64,000 nucleotides of DNA from an uncultured bacterium (lineage in GTDB: Bacteria > Edwardsbacteria > AC1 > EtOH8), in assembly GCA_963780225.1 (NCBI GenBank), contig CAWAAX010000003.1:24193-88192 (forward strand), in the 5' to 3' direction. The position numbers and the translations under genes were made by a program. The notes below the pieces were generated by a model that was given only the letters and a program-made list of their open reading frames with translations, ran no database searches and had not been told where the DNA came from. How positions within the stretch are numbered: position 1 is the stretch's first letter; every line of letters begins with the position of its first letter. Positions 1-8,301 of the stretch are shown piece after piece.

Positions 1-25
1 TTCCAACAATTTATGTAAAGGCGTT

Positions 26-829
26 ATGCACTCACCTTCATTTTTAATGGCCTTCATCCTGACCACGCTGGCCGGTCTTTCCACCATGGTCGGCAGTTTT
101 CTGGTTCTTTTCACCAAAAAGACCAGCAACAGGGTACTTTCTGTCTCCCTGGGTTTTTCGGCCGGGGTGATGGTCTATGTCTCGTTCATGGAATTGCTGC
201 CCGAGGCCCGCTTAAGGCTGGTCTCTCACTTCGGGAGCCAGGCCGGAAACTGGTATGCGGTGGCCGCCTTCTTCGGCGGGGTGCTGCTGATCGGGATCAT
301 AGACAAGCTGGTGCCGGCCATCGAAAACCCCCACGAGACCCACGCCGCCAAAGAACTGAAGGACAAGAAGAATATAGACCTGCTGCGGATGGGCACCTTC
401 ACCGCTTTGGCCATCGCCATCCACAACTTCCCCGAAGGCATGGCCACTTTCACCGCCACGCTCAAGGATCCCACCCTGGGGCTTTTCATCGCCCTGGCCA
501 TCGCCATTCACAACGTGCCGGAAGGGATCGCTGTGGCGGTGCCCATTTACCACGCCACCGGCAGCAAACGCAAGGCCTTGTGGTATTCCCTTCTTTCAGG
601 TGTGGCTGAGCCTCTGGGAGCGGTGGCGGCCTATCTGCTGTTTCATGAGTATCTGACCGAAGGGGTCTTCGGGATAATTCTGGCGGTTGTAGCTGGGATA
701 ATGGTGTTCATCTCGTTCGACGAACTGTTTCCCACCGCCCGGGAGTGCGGCCAGCACCATTTGGCCATCTACGGACTGCTGGCCGGCATGGCGGTGATGG
801 CGGTGAGCATGTTGATGTTTGTGAGGTAG
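26..829 (+). CDS. zupT: ZIP-family zinc transporter ZupT
   Basis: 267-aa multi-TM ORF with paired HNFPEG / HNVPEG metal-binding motifs typical of ZupT. Confidence 0.85.
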   Translation: MHSPSFLMAFILTTLAGLSTMVGSFLVLFTKKTSNRVLSVSLGFSAGVMVYVSFMELLPEARLRLVSHFGSQAGNWYAVAAFFGGVLLIGIIDKLVPAIENPHETHAAKELKDKKNIDLLRMGTFTALAIAIHNFPEGMATFTATLKDPTLGLFIALAIAIHNVPEGIAVAVPIYHATGSKRKALWYSLLSGVAEPLGAVAAYLLFHEYLTEGVFGIILAVVAGIMVFISFDELFPTARECGQHHLAIYGLLAGMAVMAVSMLMFVR

Positions 830-834
830 GAGAA

Positions 835-880
835 GGTGGCTTCGATACAACCGCCAGAGGCGGTCACTCAGCCACCTTTC
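835..880 (+). terminator. Possible intrinsic terminator after zupT
   Basis: GGTGGCT...AGCCACC stem enclosing the CCGCC-AGA-GGCGG hairpin, followed by TTT. Confidence 0.45.
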
Positions 881-977
881 AGTTTACAGCCGGGGGCTGA
901 GTAGGCTGTAAGGCCGTATAGAAGCCCCAAACCCAGGTTATTTTAAAATCAGCTCACACTTTTCAATTTTACAAACA

Positions 978-2858
978 ATGCCCTTGCTCTCCTTCGCCAA
1001 TCCCGCCGGACTTTGGTTCCTGCCTTTGGCCGGGCTGCCGCTTTTGATCCACCTGTTTCGGAGACGGCGGGCCGGAGTAATCCCTTTCCCCGATATCCGG
1101 CTGCTGCAGCAGGTTCAGAACGCTGCGGTCCGGCCCAGCCGGATCAAGGAATACCTTCTTCTGGCGGTGCGCACGTTGATCATCCTTCTTCTGGTACTGT
1201 CACTGGCCCGGCCCGCAGTCAACCTAAACCTGCCGGGCTGGCTTGCCGGCGCTGCGCAGACCTGCGTAATCATCATCGACAACTCGGCCAGCATGGCGGC
1301 CGTCAGCCAGGATACCACTATGCTGGAAAGGGCCAAACAGAGCGCCCGGCAAATTTTAAAAGAGCTGGGGCCCAACGCCAGAGCGGCGGTGGTTTCGGCC
1401 GTGCCGGGCAGTCCGGTGGTCTGCGGACTGTCTTCTGTCCTGACGGCCGAACGCGCGGTAACCGCGCTGCCCCAGACCGAACTATCCACCGACCTGGAGG
1501 GCGCGCTCCAAACCGCGGCAGTCATTCTGGATAATACCCAAGCCTCCGGCGGACGGATCTTTCTTATTTCAGACCTGCAAAAAACGGCCTTTGGCCCCCA
1601 AAGTTCACCCCTCAATAAACTCCCCGGAGATCCTCCGGTCACGGTATCCCAAATAAAGCCATTCCGGCCTTTGAACAATCTGATCTGGCAGAAGGTTGAG
1701 GTAAAGCCTCTGATCAAAAAGATCATCATCAGGGGCAAGGTGGTAGGCGAATATGTTCCTCGGATCGGCCTGTCCGCCGGAAGCAAAATCTTATACCAAA
1801 CGGCCGCCCGTCCGGAAAAAGATGGGATAGTCACCCTGAGCTTCGGACTGCCGGAGCTGGACTCCCTGTCCCTTCATGCTTCCGGCGACGACCTGCCTTT
1901 GGATGACAGATACTATCTGGCTCCGGTTGACCGGACGGAAAAGAATGTTCTGCTGATCTTGGATGAACCCGGCGGCCAGCCGGATTACCTTTTTCGGGCC
2001 TTTGCGGCCATGGGCCCGGCCGGGTATAAAATAATAAAGCTGGATCCCCGGGGATATCAGTATTTTAAGGGGATAGATCTGGTCGTGGTCTCCAAAGCCT
2101 CAATAGACGCCATTTCAATGGCCGCCATCATAAAATCAACGCATAACGGTGCGGGTTTGCTGACAGCACCACCAGTCAATTCAGACCGGGAACAGTACCA
2201 GGAACTGCTGAAGCAGTTTTCCGACATCACCCTTTTGGGCCTGGCCGATTCGTTATCCCATAATATCTACCGTCTGAACAAAACAGGCAGCGAAGAAGAT
2301 CTCTTAAGCGATCTCAGTCCGGTCGAGCTGGAGGGGGTCAGGATAAAAACATATTGGAAAGCCTTTACCCGGCAAAAGGCAGTTTTGGCCATCAACCGGT
2401 CCGACCCGGCGCTGATCTTTGGCTCCGGTCCGAAATTTAAAACGGCGGTTCTTCTGACCGGAGGGCAAACCGGTTTTGGAGATCTGATTTTTAAACCAGC
2501 CTTTCTGGTGCTGTTGCTGCAAACCGCAGACCACCTGACCCAAAAAACCGGCCGGCAGTCGGTGACCGGATCAGACGGAACCAACTCCGCCGGGCCGCCG
2601 GAAACGAATCAAAGATCAGGCTGGGCCCAGATTAAGGGCGGGGGCTTTGAAGCGGTGAACCTTTCGGCGGCGGAGACAGATCTGACGCCGTTATCCGGCC
2701 TTGAGCTCAAGGGCCTCCTGCAAAAAATTTCGTGGCAGTATGCCGGAGCAGGCCCCGGAGCATTGCCGTCACAAACCCCCGCAGCCAAATTGTTCTTTTT
2801 TTTAGCCGGAATAATGCTTATTTTGGAGATGATTCTACGGGCGATCCCCAAAATATGA
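978..2858 (+). CDS. BatA-like membrane protein (N-terminal double-TM domain plus vWA-like domain)
   Basis: The N-terminus LWFLPLAGLPLLIHLFRRRR resembles the aerotolerance BatA N-terminal double-TM domain. VIIIDNSASM supplies a DxSxS MIDAS-like motif, and there is a C-terminal TM helix. Confidence 0.6.
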   Translation: MPLLSFANPAGLWFLPLAGLPLLIHLFRRRRAGVIPFPDIRLLQQVQNAAVRPSRIKEYLLLAVRTLIILLLVLSLARPAVNLNLPGWLAGAAQTCVIIIDNSASMAAVSQDTTMLERAKQSARQILKELGPNARAAVVSAVPGSPVVCGLSSVLTAERAVTALPQTELSTDLEGALQTAAVILDNTQASGGRIFLISDLQKTAFGPQSSPLNKLPGDPPVTVSQIKPFRPLNNLIWQKVEVKPLIKKIIIRGKVVGEYVPRIGLSAGSKILYQTAARPEKDGIVTLSFGLPELDSLSLHASGDDLPLDDRYYLAPVDRTEKNVLLILDEPGGQPDYLFRAFAAMGPAGYKIIKLDPRGYQYFKGIDLVVVSKASIDAISMAAIIKSTHNGAGLLTAPPVNSDREQYQELLKQFSDITLLGLADSLSHNIYRLNKTGSEEDLLSDLSPVELEGVRIKTYWKAFTRQKAVLAINRSDPALIFGSGPKFKTAVLLTGGQTGFGDLIFKPAFLVLLLQTADHLTQKTGRQSVTGSDGTNSAGPPETNQRSGWAQIKGGGFEAVNLSAAETDLTPLSGLELKGLLQKISWQYAGAGPGALPSQTPAAKLFFFLAGIMLILEMILRAIPKI

Positions 2859-2877
2859 AAAAATAACAAAAATTTAT

Positions 2878-2906
2878 TTGACAAAACGCTTAAAATGTGT
2901 TAATAA
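2878..2906 (+). promoter_or_regulatory. Sigma70-like promoter (TTGACA-17-TAATAA) ahead of a roughly 200-nt leader
   Basis: TTGACA at 2878-2883, a 17-nt spacer, then TAATAA at 2901-2906; the downstream CDS starts at 3106. Confidence 0.45.
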
Positions 2907-3105
2907 TTATGTTCTTGAGGTCTAAAAGCTTATCCGGGCAGGTGGCGCTTTCTTGTTTAATTAAAACACGGCAGGAACTTCTGCCCAATATATAATACCT
3001 AAACTACAATAATACAACCTCTTGTGCTCCAGGATTACGAAGTAAAAATTATGCCCGGCAGATTTACAATATTTCAAGCAATCACAAATTAAGGGGAGAA
3101 TTTTT

Positions 3106-4128
3106 ATGGCTGGCAATAAAGGCCCGAATTTGGGCGGAATGACAATGGTGCTGGCTCTTTCCGCTTTGCTGACGGTGGGAGCGGTACTGGGCGTGGCTTT
3201 GGTCACCTGGCCCGGAAGCGTCGCCCCGGCCCAGCCGGGCGCGGCCGATCCCAAACTGGAGATGTTTGCCGCCACCGCCAGCCGCCTGACCGGCTTCATA
3301 TTTTTCACCTATCCCGATGAGGTCAAAGATTACATGAGCCCGGTGCTGTCCGATTTGAAATCAAAACTGCCGGCCATAAAATCCATTACAGTTACCGACC
3401 CCGCCGGTCTGATAGTCGGCTCTGACATCGAAGATCAGATAGATAAAACTTACCGGCCGCCCAATGGAGCCAAACCTCCGGCCGGGGACAAGCTGGAGAT
3501 CCAGGAGCTAGCCCCGGGCCAGTTTCTGGTGGCCGTACCTGCTGTCTATAACAACAAGATCAAGGGCGGCCTCCGGATGGTGGTGGAACTGCCCCAGCCC
3601 AAGGCTTCAGGCGGCAACAGTAAAAATATGGTGATAATCATTGGGCTGGCCGCCATGCTGCTTGGCTTAATAATACCCATTGCGGCCGTTCCGTCCATGA
3701 CCAAGAAACTGACAGCAGTTTCGGCGGCTCCGGCCGGTGCGGGGAAAGCCCAGGCCATGAAGGCCGAAGAGTCCTCCATCAACACCCGGCTGGAATCCCT
3801 GCGCCGGGAGTTGGGCAAGGCCGAAGAGTTGAAAGCCGAGCAGAGTGGGTTGGCAGCCGAGGTGGAATCCCTGCGCAAGCAACAGTTTGAAGAGGGTTAT
3901 AAGCTGGAAGGGCTGAAGAAGGAAGTGACCGAACTGGGGGTTCAGATGGAACAGCGGCGCCAGATGCTGGAAGCCGCTCCCGATGAACGCCAGACTCAAC
4001 TGACCCAGGAAGACCGGGATCTGATGCAGAAGATCATCAATCATAAAAAAGAAGAGCTGGCCTTGGCCAGGAAGATCCAGGATATCCGGCGCAAGGTTAT
4101 GGAGCTGGAAAAACGAACCAAGGTCTAA
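3106..4128 (+). CDS. Membrane-anchored coiled-coil protein, function unknown
   Basis: 340-aa ORF with RBS AAGGGGAG. It has an N-terminal TM helix, a second TM helix near aa 175-195, and a charged heptad-like C-terminal half (EELKAEQSGLAAEVESLRKQ...). Confidence 0.55.
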   Translation: MAGNKGPNLGGMTMVLALSALLTVGAVLGVALVTWPGSVAPAQPGAADPKLEMFAATASRLTGFIFFTYPDEVKDYMSPVLSDLKSKLPAIKSITVTDPAGLIVGSDIEDQIDKTYRPPNGAKPPAGDKLEIQELAPGQFLVAVPAVYNNKIKGGLRMVVELPQPKASGGNSKNMVIIIGLAAMLLGLIIPIAAVPSMTKKLTAVSAAPAGAGKAQAMKAEESSINTRLESLRRELGKAEELKAEQSGLAAEVESLRKQQFEEGYKLEGLKKEVTELGVQMEQRRQMLEAAPDERQTQLTQEDRDLMQKIINHKKEELALARKIQDIRRKVMELEKRTKV

Positions 4129-4160
4129 AAGTTATAAACGCCGGGCAGCGGAAATATTTA

Positions 4161-4197
4161 AAAGACGGGGCAGAATTAAAATCTCCCCGTCTTTTAT
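4161..4197 (+). terminator. Intrinsic terminator
   Basis: AGACGGGG (4163-4170) pairs with CCCCGTCT (4185-4192), followed by TTTTATT. Confidence 0.65.
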
Positions 4198-4355
4198 TAA
4201 CGATTAATTTTTACTTCCCGGCCAATCGGACGGTGGCAGATCTCCAGGCGAACAGAGCTAAACTCTCAAGAGATGGTTCTGCCGGCGGTCCTTCCCGGCC
4301 GCGGAGCTACTGACCAGATCACGGTCAACGGATAATGAATTACAGGAACGGATAA

Positions 4356-5543
4356 ATGGAAAATACCGAGAAACCCAAGTTATCCCCAAACGTAGTCCGG
4401 CTGGGCTGGGTCAGTCTTCTGACAGACATCTCCTCGGAGATGCTCTATCCCCTGATCCCGATATATTTGACCACGGTGCTGGGCGCCCCGATGGCCGCCC
4501 TGGGACTGATAGAAGGTTTAGCCGAAAGCGTATCCAACATCCTGAAGATATTTTCCGGATGGTGGTCGGACCAGACCGGCCGGCGCCGGCCCTTTGTTAT
4601 TGGCGGCTACTCGCTTTCCGCTTTTTCCAAGCCTCTATTGGTATTCGCCCAGTTCATCGGCTGGCCTTTCGTCCTGGCAATGCGCATCATGGACCGCACC
4701 GGAAAAGGTCTAAGAACCTCGGCCCGGGACGCCTTGATCGCGGATTATACGCCGGATTCCCTGCGGGGCCGGGCATTTGGACTGCACCGGGCCATGGATT
4801 CCCTGGGAGCGGTGCTGGGACCTTTGGCGGCCCTGCTCTTCATGAGCCGGCTAGGCCAGGGCGCAAGCGCCTACCGGACCGTATTCTTATGGGCTTTTGT
4901 TCCGGCGGTGTTGGGGGTCTTTCTACTGTTTACCGTCAAAGAAAGGCCGTTTACCGCAAAATTCAAAAAACCCGAATTCCATTGGAAGGCGCTCAACCGT
5001 GATTTCAAGATATTCGTCTTCATCAACCTGATATTTGCCATCGGCAATTCATCCGATGTTTTTCTGATCATCCGGGCCAAGGAAATGTTCTCGGCCAATC
5101 CGGTGGTAATGTCTCTGCTGGCATACATGCTCTACAACCTCACCTATTCCCTGGGTTCCTATCCGGCCGGGGTGCTGGCAGACAAGATAGGACCGCGCAA
5201 GGTATTTACCCTGGGACTCTTGATCTTCGGAGCGGTGTATCTGGGATTCGCCTTCAACCACAGTCCGCATTTACTGTGGGTCCTGTTCGCCGTTTACGGG
5301 TTCTACACTGCCTTCACCGACGGGGTGGGCAAGGCCTACGCCTCAAAATTGGTGCAGGAAGAATTACGGGCTACCGGGATGGGGATCTATCATATGTCCA
5401 ACGGCCTGGCCACCTTTGCCGCCAGCGCTGCGGCCGGCCTGCTGTGGCAATCCTTTGGATACAAGGCACCATTTCTATATGGAGCAGGAGCCGCCCTGTT
5501 GGCGGTGATCATGTTCGTATTTTTAATCAAAGGGAAAAAATAG
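4356..5543 (+). CDS. MFS transporter
   Basis: 395-aa ORF with about 12 TM helices and an MFS-like loop motif (DRTGKGLR). Confidence 0.8.
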   Translation: MENTEKPKLSPNVVRLGWVSLLTDISSEMLYPLIPIYLTTVLGAPMAALGLIEGLAESVSNILKIFSGWWSDQTGRRRPFVIGGYSLSAFSKPLLVFAQFIGWPFVLAMRIMDRTGKGLRTSARDALIADYTPDSLRGRAFGLHRAMDSLGAVLGPLAALLFMSRLGQGASAYRTVFLWAFVPAVLGVFLLFTVKERPFTAKFKKPEFHWKALNRDFKIFVFINLIFAIGNSSDVFLIIRAKEMFSANPVVMSLLAYMLYNLTYSLGSYPAGVLADKIGPRKVFTLGLLIFGAVYLGFAFNHSPHLLWVLFAVYGFYTAFTDGVGKAYASKLVQEELRATGMGIYHMSNGLATFAASAAAGLLWQSFGYKAPFLYGAGAALLAVIMFVFLIKGKK

Positions 5544-6221
5544 ATGCCCGCAGCTATTGATGCCACAAATATCGGCAGGATATTCAAAGCCCCCAAAGGG
5601 GATCTCAAGGTTTTGTCCGGGCTGACTCTAACCATCGGAAAAGGGGAGACCATAGCCATCACCGGAGCCTCAGGTTCCGGCAAATCAACGCTGTTACAGA
5701 TCCTGGGATGTTTAGACCGGCCCACTTCCGGGCAGCTCACCATAGACGGACGGGAAACCGCCGGCCTTTCGGATCATGAATTGGCGTCGCTGAGGAACAA
5801 AAGCATGGGCTTCGTCTTTCAGTTCCACCATTTGCTGCCGGAATTCTGCGCCTGGGAAAATGTGGCTCTGCCGCTTTTAGTGCGGGGTCAGTCCCTTGGG
5901 TCGGCTGAGGGAACAAGCCGGAAGATACTCCGTGACCTGGGGCTGGAGGAAAGAGCTGAACACAAGCCCAACGAACTTTCGGGCGGAGAGCAACAGCGGG
6001 TGGCCATTGCCCGGGCCATGGCGGCCCGGCCCTTGGTCTTGCTGGCCGATGAGCCCACCGGCAACCTGGACCGGGCCACGGGACAGAACGTGGCTCAGCT
6101 TTTATGGGACCTCAACCAAAACACCGGAATAGCATTGGTAATAGTCACCCACAATCAGGAAATAGCCCAAAGGGCCCAAAGAACATTGGAATTGAAGGAC
6201 GGAAAACTGTGGACCAAATAA
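5544..6221 (+). CDS. ABC transporter ATP-binding protein (LolD/MacB-type)
   Basis: Walker [10 protein letters not shown], signature LSGGEQQR, Walker [12 protein letters not shown]; the ATG directly abuts the stop of the MFS gene. Confidence 0.8.
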   Translation: MPAAIDATNIGRIFKAPKGDLKVLSGLTLTIGKGETIAITGASGSGKSTLLQILGCLDRPTSGQLTIDGRETAGLSDHELASLRNKSMGFVFQFHHLLPEFCAWENVALPLLVRGQSLGSAEGTSRKILRDLGLEERAEHKPNELSGGEQQRVAIARAMAARPLVLLADEPTGNLDRATGQNVAQLLWDLNQNTGIALVIVTHNQEIAQRAQRTLELKDGKLWTK

Positions 6222-6949
6222 AAGAACGGCAGACCCTAAAGACTGAGGACATCTTTAAAAGCTATAAAAAACACCGGGCGGTGAACGGGATCTCCCTGGA
6301 GGTAAAACAGGGCGAGGTGGTCGGCCTGCTGGGGCCCAACGGGGCCGGCAAGACCACCACCTTCAACATCATCACCGGTCTTTTGAAACCTGACTCCGGC
6401 AAGGTGCTTTTAGACCAGACCGAGATTACCGGGCTGCCCATGTACCAGCGGGCTAGGCTGGGGCTGGGATACCTGACCCAGGAAGCTTCGGTCTTTAGAA
6501 AATTGTCGGTGGAGGACAACATCATGGCCATTCTGGAAATGATGCCGCTGAGCAAGGAGCAGCGGCAGGAACGATTGAAATCACTGCTGAGCGAACTCAA
6601 CATAGAGCACCTGGCCAAGAAGAAGGCCTACGCCATTTCCGGCGGGGAGAGAAGAAGGGTGGAAGTGACCCGGGCCCTGGTCACCAATCCGGCTTTTTTG
6701 CTTCTGGACGAGCCCTTTACCGGGATCGACCCCATAGCCCGGGCCGACATCCAGCAGGTGGTGGTCAAGCTTAAGGAGCGGGGGATCGGGGTACTGATCA
6801 CCGACCATAACGTTCGGGAGACACTGGAGATCACCGACCGGGCCTATGTGATTTACGAAGGAAAAGTGTTTGCCTCGGGCACGCCTCAGGAGATAGTGGA
6901 CCACTCCGGAGCCCGGGAAAAATTTTTAGGAGAGAAGTTTACCCTGTAA
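6209..6949 (+). CDS. lptB: LPS export ABC transporter ATP-binding protein LptB
   Basis: Walker A GPNGAGKTT, ISGGERRR, LLLDEPFTGIDP and an LptB-type C-terminus. I place the start at the in-frame GTG at 6209, because the ATG at 6104 lies inside the preceding gene. Confidence 0.8.
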   Translation: MDQIKERQTLKTEDIFKSYKKHRAVNGISLEVKQGEVVGLLGPNGAGKTTTFNIITGLLKPDSGKVLLDQTEITGLPMYQRARLGLGYLTQEASVFRKLSVEDNIMAILEMMPLSKEQRQERLKSLLSELNIEHLAKKKAYAISGGERRRVEVTRALVTNPAFLLLDEPFTGIDPIARADIQQVVVKLKERGIGVLITDHNVRETLEITDRAYVIYEGKVFASGTPQEIVDHSGAREKFLGEKFTL

Positions 6950-7026
6950 TTAATGCTAGTAAATAACTGGACGATATTCAAATATAATATAAAAATCCAC
7001 TTAACAGAACATCAATAATCCCCGCA

Positions 7027-7887
7027 ATGAAAACAGTTCTTTTCCTCTGTACCGAAAATTCCTGCCGAAGCCAGATGGCCGAGGCCTTTGCTATGCAACT
7101 GGGGGCCGGGGTGATCGAGGCCTACAGCGCCGGCTCCAGCCCTTCGGATTCGGTCAATCCACAAGCCATTGCCGTAATGAAGGAAAAAGGAGTTGATCTC
7201 TCCGGAGCCCGCCCCAAGGGATTCAAGGACCTGCCGGTCGGCCGGGCGGATTATCTGGTGACCATGGGCTGCCGGGACGTCTGTCCGGTTTTCCCAACCA
7301 CCAAACAGGTGGAGTGGAAACTTCCGGATCCCAAGGGCCAGCCGGTGGAGTTCTTCCGCTGTGTCAGGGACGACATCGAAAAGAAAGTGAAGGAACTGAT
7401 AGAAACTATCTCGGCCAAGAACGTCAAACGGGATTATGCCGGGGTGGCGGAGATCCTCAAAGGCAAAGTGAGCCCGGCCATGGGAAGCGATGATAGAATG
7501 AAAATGGCGACGGATGTCCTCTGGGAGGGACTTAAGGACAAGGGTTTGGACTGGGTGGGATTTTACCGGCTGCTGCCGGGGCAGGAGGCCATGGAACTGG
7601 TCTGCCGCCAGCCCCGGGCGGCCTGTTCCCCCATCGGCCTGCAGGGCGTCTGCGGAAAAGGGATGAAGGATAAGACCGCTCAGATAGTAAAGGACGTGTA
7701 TGCCCTGGGAGACAAGCATATCATCTGCGATCCGGCCAACCTGTCCGAGGTAGTGGTTCCGCTGATCGAGCCCGATGGCAGCTGCCGGGCGGTGCTGGAC
7801 CTGGACAGCCGGGAGCTGGGGGCTTTTGACCAGCAGGACGCCGAGGGTCTGGCATTTGTACTGAGAAGCGCAGGACTGTCAGTTTAA
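7027..7887 (+). CDS. Fusion protein: ArsC/LMW-phosphatase domain plus GAF-type free methionine-(R)-sulfoxide reductase domain
   Basis: The N-terminal P-loop is LCTENSCRSQMAE (CX5R-S). The C-terminal half carries fRMsr-like blocks: WVGFYRL, ACSPIGLQGVCGKG, HIICDPANLSEVVVPL. Confidence 0.7.
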   Translation: MKTVLFLCTENSCRSQMAEAFAMQLGAGVIEAYSAGSSPSDSVNPQAIAVMKEKGVDLSGARPKGFKDLPVGRADYLVTMGCRDVCPVFPTTKQVEWKLPDPKGQPVEFFRCVRDDIEKKVKELIETISAKNVKRDYAGVAEILKGKVSPAMGSDDRMKMATDVLWEGLKDKGLDWVGFYRLLPGQEAMELVCRQPRAACSPIGLQGVCGKGMKDKTAQIVKDVYALGDKHIICDPANLSEVVVPLIEPDGSCRAVLDLDSRELGAFDQQDAEGLAFVLRSAGLSV

Positions 7888-7947
7888 ACCAAAATGATTA
7901 CGATGGCCTGTCTTTCTTAGGGCAATCTGAGATATAACAGGAATCTA

Positions 7948-8213
7948 TTATGTTCTTTTCTTTTTGTGCCGCCGCTTCATTTGAAGGCAAGCTTGCTTAG
8001 CTAAGGGCAGGCTCCAAAAAGAACCAAAAGCTACGCCTTTGGCGGGCCACGCTTACGCTAAAGCTCTCAGCGGGCCGCGTTGCGCTTCTCGTTGATGACG
8101 GGCTTGTCTGAACTCGGGCTTTGGCCAAGCCCTCAAACATGCCAGACAAGCTTTTTCCGCCATCAACTGCGATGCTCACTGATCGTTTTAACGCGACTAC
8201 CGGGTTTAGTAAC
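7948..8213 (+). repeat. Dispersed structured repeat, copy 1 (diverged, with an insertion)
   Basis: Aligns by eye with 45334-45556 and with the reverse complement of 21950-22168. Shared blocks include GGGCTTGTCTGAACTCGGGCTTTGGCCAAGCCCTCAAACA and CAACTGCGATGCTCACTGAT. Confidence 0.75.
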
Positions 8214-8246
8214 CATTGATCTAAGGTAACGGGATAATCGTTAAAT

Positions 8247-8286
8247 AAAAAAGCCCTCCCGCATAATGCGGGAGGGCCTTTTTTCG
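8247..8286. terminator. Bidirectional intrinsic terminator
   Basis: An 11-bp stem GCCCTCCCGCA / TGCGGGAGGGC flanked by an A-run and a T-run; it lies just downstream of pepF on the minus strand. Confidence 0.7.
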
Positions 8287-8301
8287 TTTCATCGGAAATT
8301 A

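Noticed and set aside
2907-3105. ~200-nt leader upstream of the coiled-coil membrane protein as a possible riboswitch
   Set aside because: Only weak local pairings are visible (GGCAG/CTGCC and TCCGGGCA/TGCCCGG), and it does not resemble any riboswitch consensus I know. The evidence is not sufficient for a call.
6104-6208. Upstream extension of lptB starting at the ATG at 6104
   Set aside because: It lies inside the 3' end of the preceding ABC ATPase gene in another frame, and the translation there has no LptB similarity. An in-frame GTG at 6209 gives a normal-length protein.
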